A stretch of DNA of 62,858 nucleotides, the filler included, from Chrysochromulina tobinii (Eukaryota), in the NCBI GenBank assembly GCA_001275005.1. It is 7 parts of 7 records of this genome, joined end to end, with 100 filler letters (N's around TTAATTAATTAA, not from the genome) between each part and the next. Parts side by side here need not be neighbours in the genome. Positions count along the whole stretch, not along the records: positions 1 to 10,035 come from JWZX01000711.1; positions 10,136 to 17,527 come from JWZX01000713.1; positions 17,628 to 22,309 come from JWZX01000714.1; 4 more parts are not named here. The stretch is one strand, 5' to 3'. The notes beneath the pieces are model-generated. The model was not told the origin of the DNA. It worked only from the letters and a program-made list of their open reading frames with translations, and did not search any database. A program made the translations under genes and the position numbers. Positions within the stretch are counted from its first letter, which is position 1. Every line of letters starts with the position of its first letter. Positions 8,526 through 18,465 of this stretch are shown here, in pieces.

Positions 8526-10035
8526 AGAGCTCCGAATGTGCGTCGTCGCGAGAACCTCGTGAAGGTCGCCCCACTTGTTTTGAAGATCTGCTTTGTGGGT
8601 TATTTCGTGGGTTCACAGACAAGTTTACAGGAACTTCTCTCTAGGATTTGCTGACCTATTTTCCTGTAATTTCACCATTGAATTTTCCTGTGGAAAGCCC
8701 AGCGAGACTCTACAAGAGTCTCTCTGCGGAACGCAGGCATGAGCACCCTCAAAAAGCTCTCCGGCTGCGTCGGCGCAAAGGTGGGCTGCTGTTGCCCCCA
8801 CGTTAGCGCGTCGGGCCAGCGTCGCGTGGGATCGATCCAGTAGACTCCCGTGGTCCGTCTCACCCTCGCACCTGTGCATGTGCATGTGCATGTGCGCCTC
8901 TGCACGTACGCTGCGGATTCGTCGTATGAGCTTTCAGACGCTCTACTGCGTGGGTGCGATGTGGGAGGGTGAGGCGACGCCCACCTTTTGACCCATACGA
9001 CTTCGTGTCGAATCGGTGGGAGGTGATGGCGCCCAGGGAGAGCTCAGACCATGGCGTTCTGGCAGATCGAGATCATCACCGACGTTGGGATCTCCATGAA
9101 CACGGTCACCGACTCGGTCAAGCTGCTGCGCATCGTGAATGCTGACTTCCCGGTCGCGCGGCGCTTCAACGACGACCAGCATCCGAGAAGCTGCTCTCGA
9201 TGATCGAGCACGGGTCCAAGCTGTTTGCGCTGGAGGCTAAGAAAGAGCTCGATTCCATCGAAGGTGTGCCAGGCACGCCAGGCGTGCGGCACGCCAGGCG
9301 TGCGGCAGTTCCAGCTCACCGCACCAATCGGCCAGAGACTTCAACGGCATCATTGTCTGGAAGCGTGTTTGCAGGTCGAACGATGACCCATCGAGTGGCA
9401 TAGAGGGCAGTGAGATCAACAAGCCCCCGCCGCCGTGTAAAGACGCGGCTGAACAGGCGATGGCTCACTGGTGCTGAACAGGCGATGGCTCACTGGTGCT
9501 CCATGGCTCTCCATATGAGTCAGTCATCTGAAGGGGCCTCGCTTCAACAGGTGCTAGCAAAATTTGTGTGGGACTCCCTAGGGGTCACTTTCAAGTTTCA
9601 ACAGAAACCTTGGGGCAAGAACGCATGCTTCCAATTTGCCAGATTCGTCGAGGTTCGGTGGCTTTGTCGTGCAAGCAAGAGTGATTGCCAGGGCAACCCG
9701 GGTTCCCAATGGGGTTCCGGGCCGGCCTTGCCAGCACTCGCCCATTGCGTGCGCCATGAGGCTCACAAGACGCAAACATGCCTTCAGGTAGTTCCACCAT
9801 TCAGGTAGTTCCACCCTCTCGATCGGCACGATTGACGGCAAGAAGCCATGGCACGTGACCGACGGGCTGACGACGAGCGCCAATGGGCGGGTCTGCCCCC
9901 CCTTCATTGTGCACGCGCAGCCGCAGTTAAAGCCGAAGCGCCCGGGGGAGACTGCACAGCGGATGAAGAGAATGGCCACAAGGGGCAGGGCGAGGGCGGT
10001 GAGGAGGGGGGCGGGGAGGGGAGCGGCTCATGGGG

Positions 10036-10135
10036 NNNNNNNNNNNNNNNNNNNNNNNNNNNNNNNNNNNNNNNNNNNNTTAATTAATTAANNNNNNNNN
10101 NNNNNNNNNNNNNNNNNNNNNNNNNNNNNNNNNNN
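10036..10135. other. Artificial contig-joining spacer
   Basis: 44 N + TTAATTAATTAA (stops in all six frames) + 44 N. Confidence 0.98.
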
Positions 10136-12162
10136 GAGTCCTCTCGACTAAAGCAGACAAGCAGGAGTTTGCCAACTCGGCCGCACGCTTCGTCACCATG
10201 GTGATCTGCATTGCCGTTGTGGGCGCCTGGTCCGCGGCTGCAATCGCGGGCGTGGGGATGCGGCTCGCGCACACGATCGAGACGCTGTGCTTCGTGTTAA
10301 TCGTCGCGGTCCTTCTCATCATCGGCAACACCATTGGCTTTGGCGCCCTTGCAAACTCGATGAATGATTCGCCCATGATGAGTCTGGTGCGCTCGGCGGC
10401 GAGTTCTAACCTGGCGCGCGCGCTCACTCTCTACTTCTTGCTCCCGTTTGCAATCTGCTACCTGGCGCTCTCGTCTCTCAACCAGTTGGTGCGCCAGGCG
10501 ACCTACGTCGTTTGCCCGTGCGTCGCCACCAAGCGCCGCAAGCTCCTCGACGAGCAGGAGCGCACCCTTACCCATAAAGGGGTAATGCGCGTCAAGTGGC
10601 TCACGCCGATCGCCAACTCGCACGTGGCGATGGTGGTGGACTGGGAGTGGGCCCCTGTGCTTCTCCTCGTCGGGTACATTGGGCTCACCATCTGGGCCCT
10701 CCAGCTCGGCACGACCCTCACCTACATGGGCCTCGCGGTCCTCATTGAGTGGCTGATCACGTTGCACTGGGTGCTGGTGACATTCCTCTTCTTCATTATT
10801 GGCATCATCATGTTTCTTGTCCCTGTGATTCCCGGGCTCGCCGTCTATCTGAGCGCGGGGGTCATCTTGGGGCCAACGTGCGCCGACACCTTCGGCGGCT
10901 TCATCCCCGCCTCAATCTACGGTGCGTTCATGGCCTGGATCATGAAGTTCTTCGCGCACATCCTCCAGCAAAAGTGGCTGGGCGAGAGCCTCGGAAGTAG
11001 GCTGTGGGTGCGACAGGCAGTCGGCATCAACGCGCCGCTGATGAAGGCGGTGCGCTACCTGCTTGAGCAGCCTGGGCTCAGTTTGGGCAAGGTGATGATC
11101 CTGTGCGGTGGGCCAGACTGGCCCACGTCCGTCCTCTGCGGCATCCTCCGCGTTCCTCTCTTCCAGATGTTGCTCGGCCTCGTACCGATCTGCACGCTCA
11201 CGTTCCCAACGACCCTCGCCGGCGCCTTCCAGCTCAAAATCGACGATGGCGCGGCGTGGGCCTCGGCGGCGACGGTATTCCTCATCGTCTCCACGCTCCT
11301 TCAGCTCGTCTTCGGCTGCGTCGCCCTCTACCAGATCGAGAAGGTTCGCCGCGAGAAAGCGGACGAGCTTGCCAAGTACCCAGATGACGTGGAGGTGCTT
11401 AAGCTCGACAAGGCCGCCGCCGCGGCTTCGGTGCGCTACGCGGCGGTCACGCGGCTGGCGATCATGCCGCGCCTGGCCAAATTTTGGCTCTTCTCGAGCG
11501 TCGGCACCCTCGCCATCTCAAGCTATTTCCTCTTCTTCGTGCCCTCGTACCTGTTTGAGCCGTTCGCAATGACCGACATCATCTCCGCAGTGTTCTGCTG
11601 GACCTGCGAAGCCGCCATCATCAAGATGCCTTTGGGCTGGATCGGCCTCGTCGCGCTCATCTACGGCAGCTTCGCCCTCTGGTTGTTTGAGAAGTGGGCC
11701 AACAAGCAAGTCAAGAACCAACCGGCCGACGATGTGAAGGCACACGACGAGCTCACCGGTGCCGGCCACGTGGCCAGATCGATGGGGGATGAGAGCAATG
11801 GGTTCGACGTCACCGACGAGGAAAGCAAGGAGTGGGTCGAGCTCGCCCAGCCCTCCGACGTTGATGTGAGCGTCGAGGCCAGCGCAGCGGCTGCCAAGGC
11901 TGCGAAGGCGAAGGCGGCGGAGGCGAGGCAGGGGACGAGCTCGATGAGGGAGGCGGCGACTGAGGCAGAGGCGAGGGCGACGTTGAAGGCGGCGGCGAAG
12001 GCGGCAAGAGTACTCGGGACTCCAAGCGAGTGCCACTCGGGAGGGGGGCTTTACGAACTGTGCGCTACCGACTCTCCGGTCGTTGCAGAGGACATGTCGG
12101 ATGCCGAGGCGGCCTGGGTGGGTAAACAGGCGCTCAAACGACTACAGTTCCGCAATGAATGA
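10136..12162 (+). CDS. Multi-pass membrane protein with VTT/DedA (SNARE-associated Golgi)-like domain; 5'-partial
   Basis: Long ORF with many hydrophobic helices. IIMFLVPVIPGLAVYLSAGVILG and ILCGGPDWPTSVLCGIL resemble VTT re-entrant motifs. Frame is open to the contig edge. Confidence 0.65.
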
Positions 12163-12856
12163 TATCATTTAGAGAGGCCTCTTGCCATGCGACATGTGGG
12201 TCGTCGCAGGGGCAACGGGCAGTGCGTGAGGGAGTGCGTCACTGCGTCTCAAGTATTGAGTGGAGTGGTGTCGATCGATGCCAAATTCACGTGCCAATTC
12301 GAATATCGGTTTCAGCGCGGTTTTCGTTGCTGGCCCGCCTTACACCCACCCACCCCACAGACGCCAGAGCGGAGTGCGCACAGAGAGTGCGAACCTTATC
12401 TAATAACAAAATACTTCTGACGTGAAATTTGGGGGACGGCCACCCTGTGCACGCTCAAATGGCACTAATGGTCCGTAGATTGAAATCTCTAAGGAAACCT
12501 TATAAAAGTACAAGTTCAAAAACACCGGGGGAGCCGCGCTCCCTTAAGTTCCTCAGCGAGCATGCGGGGTACATGTACGTCAAGGGAAATCAAGATACAT
12601 GCAAGATGCATATGAAATACATGCGGGATACGTATCTGTCGAGATGGCAATTTAACGTGAACGTGAACGGATACGTATCTCTGGATCCTAGGAGGGAGAA
12701 TCCATCTAGAATCCATCGTGGGAGCTCTGGAAGCTGACGATTTCTTTGACGAGACTTGACTGAACAACTTTCTTTGCGAAGCCCGCACAACCTTCTCCGA
12801 TGATCGATCAGCGTCGGTGTCGTCGGAGGAGTCATCTCATCGAACAGCCGACGCAC

Positions 12857-13666
12857 ATGCTCACCATCTCGACCGCCTCGCTTGCGCTCCGCTGCCAGGC
12901 GCCCATGATGCAGCTGACATCGACGCGCGGCGGCACCAAGACGTCCTACACCGGTGGCGTCGTCCCCACGCGCACTCCGGTGGCCACCGACTCCGCCATC
13001 CTCGTGCAGGGCGGTTCGCTGCGCACGTGGTCGTACCGCTCGCCGTCCGTGGAGCAGGTGCAGGTGGTGCTGAGCACCGAGGGCCGTCCGCTCGACGCCG
13101 ACATCGAGCTCTGGCACGGCCCCGACAACACGCCGTGCAAGATGCGCGTGTACGTGGAGAACGGCCAGCTGCGCCCGTTCTCAGCCGTGATCGAGACGCC
13201 GCGTGGCCCGAACACCGTCGCGATCCGCAACATCGGCCAGATCGAGTTCCCGATCGCGGCGAACGTGATCGCCGACCAGGTCGACAGCCCATCGCCCGAC
13301 TGCCTCGCCGCGTCCACCACGATCCAGGGCGGTGCGCTGCGCACGTATCCCTTCGACCCGACCGTCGACAGCGTCCAGGTGCTGCTCAAGACCGACGGAC
13401 GCCCGCTCAACGCGCGCATCGAGCTCCTCCAAGGCCCGAACAACAACAAGCAGGTCATCGAGCTCTACACCGAAGACGGCCTCGATCGGCCTTTTTTCTG
13501 CGTCCTCGAGACGCCGGGCTCGGGCAACGTCGTGCGCATCGTCAACACCGCGCCGATCGAGTTCCCGATGACCGCTGCGGTGGTGCCGCACTCCATCAAC
13601 GAGGCGATGAGCTCAGGGGCCGTGCTCGGCGGCGACGTCGTCATCGGGGGCGACGTGGGCTTCTAA
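12857..13666 (+). CDS. Conserved hypothetical algal protein with two internal ~110-aa repeats; probably plastid-targeted
   Basis: Strong GC3 codon bias. Duplicated domain QGG(S/A)LRT(W/Y)...VQV.L.T(E/D)GRPL.A.IEL..GP.N...ETP...N.V.I.N...IEFP. N-terminus resembles a presequence. Confidence 0.85.
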   Translation: MLTISTASLALRCQAPMMQLTSTRGGTKTSYTGGVVPTRTPVATDSAILVQGGSLRTWSYRSPSVEQVQVVLSTEGRPLDADIELWHGPDNTPCKMRVYVENGQLRPFSAVIETPRGPNTVAIRNIGQIEFPIAANVIADQVDSPSPDCLAASTTIQGGALRTYPFDPTVDSVQVLLKTDGRPLNARIELLQGPNNNKQVIELYTEDGLDRPFFCVLETPGSGNVVRIVNTAPIEFPMTAAVVPHSINEAMSSGAVLGGDVVIGGDVGF

Positions 13667-14364
13667 GCAGAGTCAGAGCGGGGCATAGGCGGGATGCATA
13701 CGTTTGGGGCAGTCAAGAGCATGGTGAGCGCTGATCAGGAGGAGGTGGTCTGGACAGAGCGCTTGCAAGATCGTCTTTTCTACAGCGCAACGTTCGACCG
13801 CAAGGTTGATGTTGGACAGCTTAGGTGTAGAGCTCAACGCATGCTTTCGTATGTCTCTGGCACGTACTGGCACGAGGGTCCTTGTGCACGGTCCACATGC
13901 TGTGTACCGCCCCGGCGGTTCCCGCGGGTCGGCGCGGGTGCCCGCAGGCCGTACTGGTGGTCGCGTGACTTTGCGGCCGCAGCCGCGAGCTGAGCCGTGC
14001 TGGCGTTCGAGTGAGCCAGTGGAGGTGTTTCGCGAAGACAACACAAGACACAATAGAGAATAGTCAATACATGTTGCATATTATAAATGACACTCGCGTC
14101 CCCGTCCGCATTATTTTACGTTCTTCGTACCGTCGGATTCGCGCCGCGTTCGTATTGGGGTATGCCTCCGCGCGCGTTTCGACTTTTCACGTGGTCTCGT
14201 GTATGGCTCTGCCTCTGACAGACTACGAGCCCGAGGTTTGTTTGAAAGCTTCGCGACCAGCTCAGCGCGGGGAGCCGCGCCGCTAACGGCGCCTGGCTGC
14301 TGGCAGCTCGCGCTCGCCGTGTCGTCAACGCAGTCGCACCGTCACGTCGAGCTCGAAGAGCTCA

Positions 14365-15717
14365 TCATCCCTCGCTGCTCAGGCTCGCCATCCGACCACC
14401 TCGGCTGACCTTCTCATCGGCCAGGCGCTTCACACCCTTGCGTATGGCGCCGAGCTCCTTCAGCCGACCGGAGCGGTACTCAGGCTCGGCCCAGCGTAGC
14501 CTTGCATACTTGAGCTCGATGAAGGCCTTCAGTCGCGCCTCCTCCTCCGCGGTGGGTACCGTGCTGGGCGATTCGATGCGCGGCTCGGCATAGCCCTTGG
14601 GGAGCCGGGCGAGATCGCGAGCTCGCGCGATCTCATTCCCGAGCTCCAAAAAGGCGCGAAGGACGGTTGGATCCCAACGGTCGAAGACGACCGAGCGCAC
14701 GCGCGAGACCGACACGCCGAGCGAGCGGTGGCATGCCGCGCAGTGCTTACACACGAGCACACCCTGGTTCACCACGGCCCAGGCGCTATTGCGCGTCTCG
14801 AGTTCCACAGCGCAGTCGGCGCAGCGGCGGTTGCACGGGCGGTCGAGGAAGGCTTCGAGGGCTGCTGCGAGCTCCGCCGCCTCCGTCGGATCCTTGGACA
14901 TCACGCGGATCTGGTCGAGCGCCGCGAGCGCCTCGCTGGCCTTTGCCATCTCCGCCGCATTCGTTTGCTCCGTGGCCACACGCTCGCCGTACGCGTCTGA
15001 CACGTACTTGCGCACTTGGTCGATGCGCTCAGCAACGTACCCAGCGGCACCTCCGAAGGCGCCGCCCACGATGATGCCCGGCACGCCCGCCGGCGCCATC
15101 AGCAGCGAACCAAACAGAGCGCCACGCTCGAATAGGGAGAGCTCCCCGCCCTCATCCACCACGTCACCGCCGCTGCCGCCGACCTCCTCAGCTGCGCGCA
15201 GGCGCTGCGCGTAGGCCTCGGCGAGGGCGCGCTGCTCGGCGCGTTTCTCAGCCAGGGTCTCCTTGGCCGTCTCCACGTACGAGGACAGCCGCTCCTGCAG
15301 TCCGTCGAGCAGCGTTGGCGGTGGCTGAGAGCGTCGTTTGGCTTTGCGCTTGGACTTCTTCTTGCTGCCAGAGGAGACTGAATGGCCATCTGCTCGGCTC
15401 CTGCTACTGCTGCTGCTGCTGCTGCCGCTGCTGCTGCTGCTGCTGCTGGGGATTGTGGCCTTAGTCACCTCATCCTGTGCTGTGGCAGCGGCAGCGGTCC
15501 CATTGTTGGTGCCATAAATCTCCTCTTCCTCATCATCGCCCTCCTCCTCAGCCGCCGGCGGAGGTGACGGCCGCACCGCGCGCCGTGATCCCGCCGGCGT
15601 GTCGCTCGTCGGGCGCTTTCGGGGCTGCGACGGCGCGCTGCTGCTGCCAGGAGCCGGCGAGGCCGCCACGACAAACGTCAAGACGGCCCACAGGAAGAAG
15701 ACGAGCATGGCCCTCAT
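14365..15717 (-). CDS. ArfGAP-domain protein with N-terminal signal peptide and Gly-rich transmembrane segment
   Basis: CADC-x20-CKHCAACHRSLGVSVSRVRSV..D.W...GN...FIELKY is the ArfGAP zinc finger and Arg finger. Likely start MRAMLVFFLWAVLTFVVAA at 15717; the upstream part of the 723-aa ORF is the antisense of the next gene. Confidence 0.8.
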   Translation of the reverse strand: MRAMLVFFLWAVLTFVVAASPAPGSSSAPSQPRKRPTSDTPAGSRRAVRPSPPPAAEEEGDDEEEEIYGTNNGTAAAATAQDEVTKATIPSSSSSSSGSSSSSSSRSRADGHSVSSGSKKKSKRKAKRRSQPPPTLLDGLQERLSSYVETAKETLAEKRAEQRALAEAYAQRLRAAEEVGGSGGDVVDEGGELSLFERGALFGSLLMAPAGVPGIIVGGAFGGAAGYVAERIDQVRKYVSDAYGERVATEQTNAAEMAKASEALAALDQIRVMSKDPTEAAELAAALEAFLDRPCNRRCADCAVELETRNSAWAVVNQGVLVCKHCAACHRSLGVSVSRVRSVVFDRWDPTVLRAFLELGNEIARARDLARLPKGYAEPRIESPSTVPTAEEEARLKAFIELKYARLRWAEPEYRSGRLKELGAIRKGVKRLADEKVSRGGRMASLSSEG

Positions 15718-15862
15718 GCCACGAAAGGAGCTCACGGAGATCGCAACCTGATCCGAAACCGTGCGCGCACTTCGCGCTCCCTCTCGGCACACGTGCTCAG
15801 CATAACGCATCACAACCTTGCGGCGCCGGCAGGGTTCCGAGATCCTCCGACCTTGGCGAGAG

Positions 15863-16576
15863 ATGGCCGTCCACGCAATCACATGCCTGCTCCTCGTCTT
15901 GCCGCTTGCCGGCTCGCTTCTGCTGCAGCCGCGCTGTCCGATTCGGCACGCATGCCGCCATGCGGCCGCGTCTGCGTTGGTGATGGTCGCGAGCTCGCAA
16001 ACAGCTACGGAAGCGATCTCTGAGCCGGATGACGATATGGATGCCTTGATCAAGCGGGAGGTACTTGCCGCCTTTGCGGGCCTCGAGGAGTCGTTTGCGG
16101 CCGGCGACGACGATAAGGCGCTCGAGCTCATCCAGACGCAGGGCAAGACCGTGCTCGCCAGCGTGCTCTCGCGCCTCGAGGATGAGGGGCAACTGCTGTC
16201 GGCGAAGCTCTCGGCGAGGCTTGAGCAGCTCGCGGACGAGCAGACGGCCGAGATGCTGAAGAAGTACGAGGATCGGCTGAGCAGCTTGCAGGTTGCGAAC
16301 GAGCAGGCGCGCACCGAACTGCGCAACGAGCTCCAAAACCTGCAGACCCTCTCCAAGGAGTATGACGAGCTCATGGCCAACAAAGCCGGGAGCTTCTCGC
16401 GTAAAACCTTCGTGGGTGGCGCAGCCTTCCTCGTAGGGCTGAGCGGCGTGGGCGCCGCCCTGAACGAGGGGCTCAAAATGGCCCTCGGCGCGGGCGGCGA
16501 CGTGCCCACCCTCGCCGCTAACGGCGTGCTCGGCATCGCTGGCGTGCTCTACTATCTCAAAACCAAAGGGAGCTGA
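15863..16576 (+). CDS. Coiled-coil protein with bipartite plastid-type presequence and two C-terminal hydrophobic helices
   Basis: MAVHAITCLLLVLPLAGSLLLQPR... gives a signal peptide plus transit-like segment, followed by a heptad-rich core and Gly-rich hydrophobic C-terminus. Confidence 0.75.
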   Translation: MAVHAITCLLLVLPLAGSLLLQPRCPIRHACRHAAASALVMVASSQTATEAISEPDDDMDALIKREVLAAFAGLEESFAAGDDDKALELIQTQGKTVLASVLSRLEDEGQLLSAKLSARLEQLADEQTAEMLKKYEDRLSSLQVANEQARTELRNELQNLQTLSKEYDELMANKAGSFSRKTFVGGAAFLVGLSGVGAALNEGLKMALGAGGDVPTLAANGVLGIAGVLYYLKTKGS

Positions 16577-17169
16577 GCGCAACCCGCTCCAGACGGCCGA
16601 CGTAGCTGGAGCTAGCGGCGGCGGCAGCTGAGCGGACAGGCATCGTGTCACGTGGCTACCACCACCTCCTCCTAATCGCTGTCAGACTTGTACCGGCTGC
16701 GCTCTCTCGACGGCTTGATGCACTTGGGGCACTCTCACGTTTGAGACGTGAGCCCTCCGCGCTCCGGTACCTGGGTTGAACGGTTGATTGGTGACCGAGC
16801 ACCTCTGTCCTCTCGCTGTGCCCTGTGGTAGAAGCAAGGCAATTCGGAAACGACGTGTGGCCCGAAAGCCTTCAAAAAAGCGCTGTGTAGGTCCCTTAAG
16901 TTCACAGCAATGCGATGGTTTACTGGTAACTGGAGCACCTGGATCGTCATCGTGGGGGCCACGACCCAACTCCTAAGTGGAAAAATCGGGACACATGCGT
17001 TCTGGCGATTCTCTGATGAAAAGGCAATTCCCTGGGGTCCGACAATTGGCAGGATAGCTCGTACGTTACTCTCATCCTCTGATGAGGCGCGCAATTTCTG
17101 GAAGCCCCGCGTTGACGTCCGGCCAATTCGGCTCTCGGCGCCCGACGTCCTCCCTCAAACAAGCGCGCC

Positions 17170-17527
17170 ATGCCCGCCTCGGGCTCGAGCTCGGCGCGCG
17201 GCGCCTCGCCGTCGGAGCGTGCCGCCTTCCACGCCATCAAGTCCCGTGCGATGGAGTCGCGCAAGTCAGCCACACCAGGGCCTGGCTCGTACAACGTCTT
17301 CACGCCCAGGAATGGTGCCGCTGCTAGCTCAGCCTTCAAGAGCAAAAGCGCGCGTGGCGAGGTCGACGCTGCTACAGGTGATCCCGGCGCATACGATCCG
17401 TTCGCGACGCAGGATCTGGCGGCGCTTTCCGCTCGCTCTTTTGGTCGCTCGAATCGCGCTGGTTCCGGCGGCTTCGGCGGCGCGTCGGCACGCGAGATGA
17501 AGCTTGACATCATGGGCGAGGACACGC
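17170..17527 (+). CDS. SHIPPO-1/STPG (ODF3-like) repeat protein, flagellar; 3'-partial
   Basis: TPGPGSYN and GDPGAYDP motifs. Truncated by the spacer. Confidence 0.7.
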
Positions 17528-17627
17528 NNNNNNNNNNNNNNNNNNNNNNNNNNNNNNNNNNNNNNNNNNNNTTAATTAATTAANNNNNNNNNNNNNNNNN
17601 NNNNNNNNNNNNNNNNNNNNNNNNNNN
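17528..17627. other. Artificial contig-joining spacer
   Basis: 44 N + TTAATTAATTAA + 44 N. Confidence 0.98.
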
Positions 17628-18211
17628 TGCGCGCGAGCACCTCCTCGAACGCACGCTGCTTCGTCGCCTCCTCGGCGGCCGACGACGACGGGTAGCAGAG
17701 CCACTCGCACCACGCACCGAAGAGCTGGCGCTCGAGACGGTGCTGTGGCATGATCACGGCGAGCGGCTCGCCGAGCGGCCCGAACGCGGCCTCGAGCTTT
17801 TCGAGGATGACGTCCGACTCTGTCGATCTCCGCCGCGGGCAGCATGCCCGAGGGCACTATGCGCTTGTACCAGTCCTCCTTCTGGCCGAAACAGAACATG
17901 GTCACCTTGGCGATCCGGTATGGCACGCGCTTCTCCTCGAGCCACAGCCACACCTTTTGGCAGTATGGGCACCACGCGTGGTTGTCTCTGTACAGAGTGA
18001 CGCGCACCGACGCCTCGGGCTGCCCAAAGGTGCGCACGAGCGCTTGTGAGTGTGTCGGGCCAGTCGCCTGGTCGGGTGGCACGTACGACGCAGCTAATGG
18101 CGCGAGCTCCGACCAGCTCAGCGCTGCGCGCTTGGCGAGGTTCGCGGCTTTCGGCTGGGCAGCGTTTAAATGGCCGTGCTTAAGAGGAAAGGCCACGAGA
18201 TGAACTCGCAC
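17628..18211 (-). pseudogene. Glutathione S-transferase (WCPYC, cyanobacterial/algal type), frameshifted; 3'-partial
   Basis: [28 protein letters not shown]...[12 protein letters not shown], then a frame change at ~17822 into [17 protein letters not shown]...[13 protein letters not shown]. No in-frame ATG is seen. Could be an assembly error. Confidence 0.65.
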
Positions 18212-18465
18212 GGATTAGCAGCATTCATCGCGAGGCAAGGGCTGCCATCCCCTTTTCTCGGAAATGTCACGGGCGCCGTCATGGGCGCGACGTACGTACC
18301 CAGCGGGACCACGACATCCGGAGGCCCGCCGTCACAATTCGCCACTTGGGCTTTCGATTTGTTGGGTTTTGGCACACTGTAAATTGCGAACAGGGCGAGA
18401 GACTTTTCTTCCGAAGCGAAGCAGCTTTCTTGGAGCAACACTAGCGCATCGTCGCCCCTTCTTCG

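Noticed and set aside
8927..9400. Coding-like fragments (MAFWQIEIITDVG..., MIEHGSKLFALEAKKELDSIEG)
   Set aside because: Broken by frameshifts and stops with no recognisable family; probably gene debris, so not called.
15718..16536. N-terminal 273 aa of the 723-aa minus-strand ORF
   Set aside because: Mostly the antisense shadow of the plus-strand gene 15863..16576.
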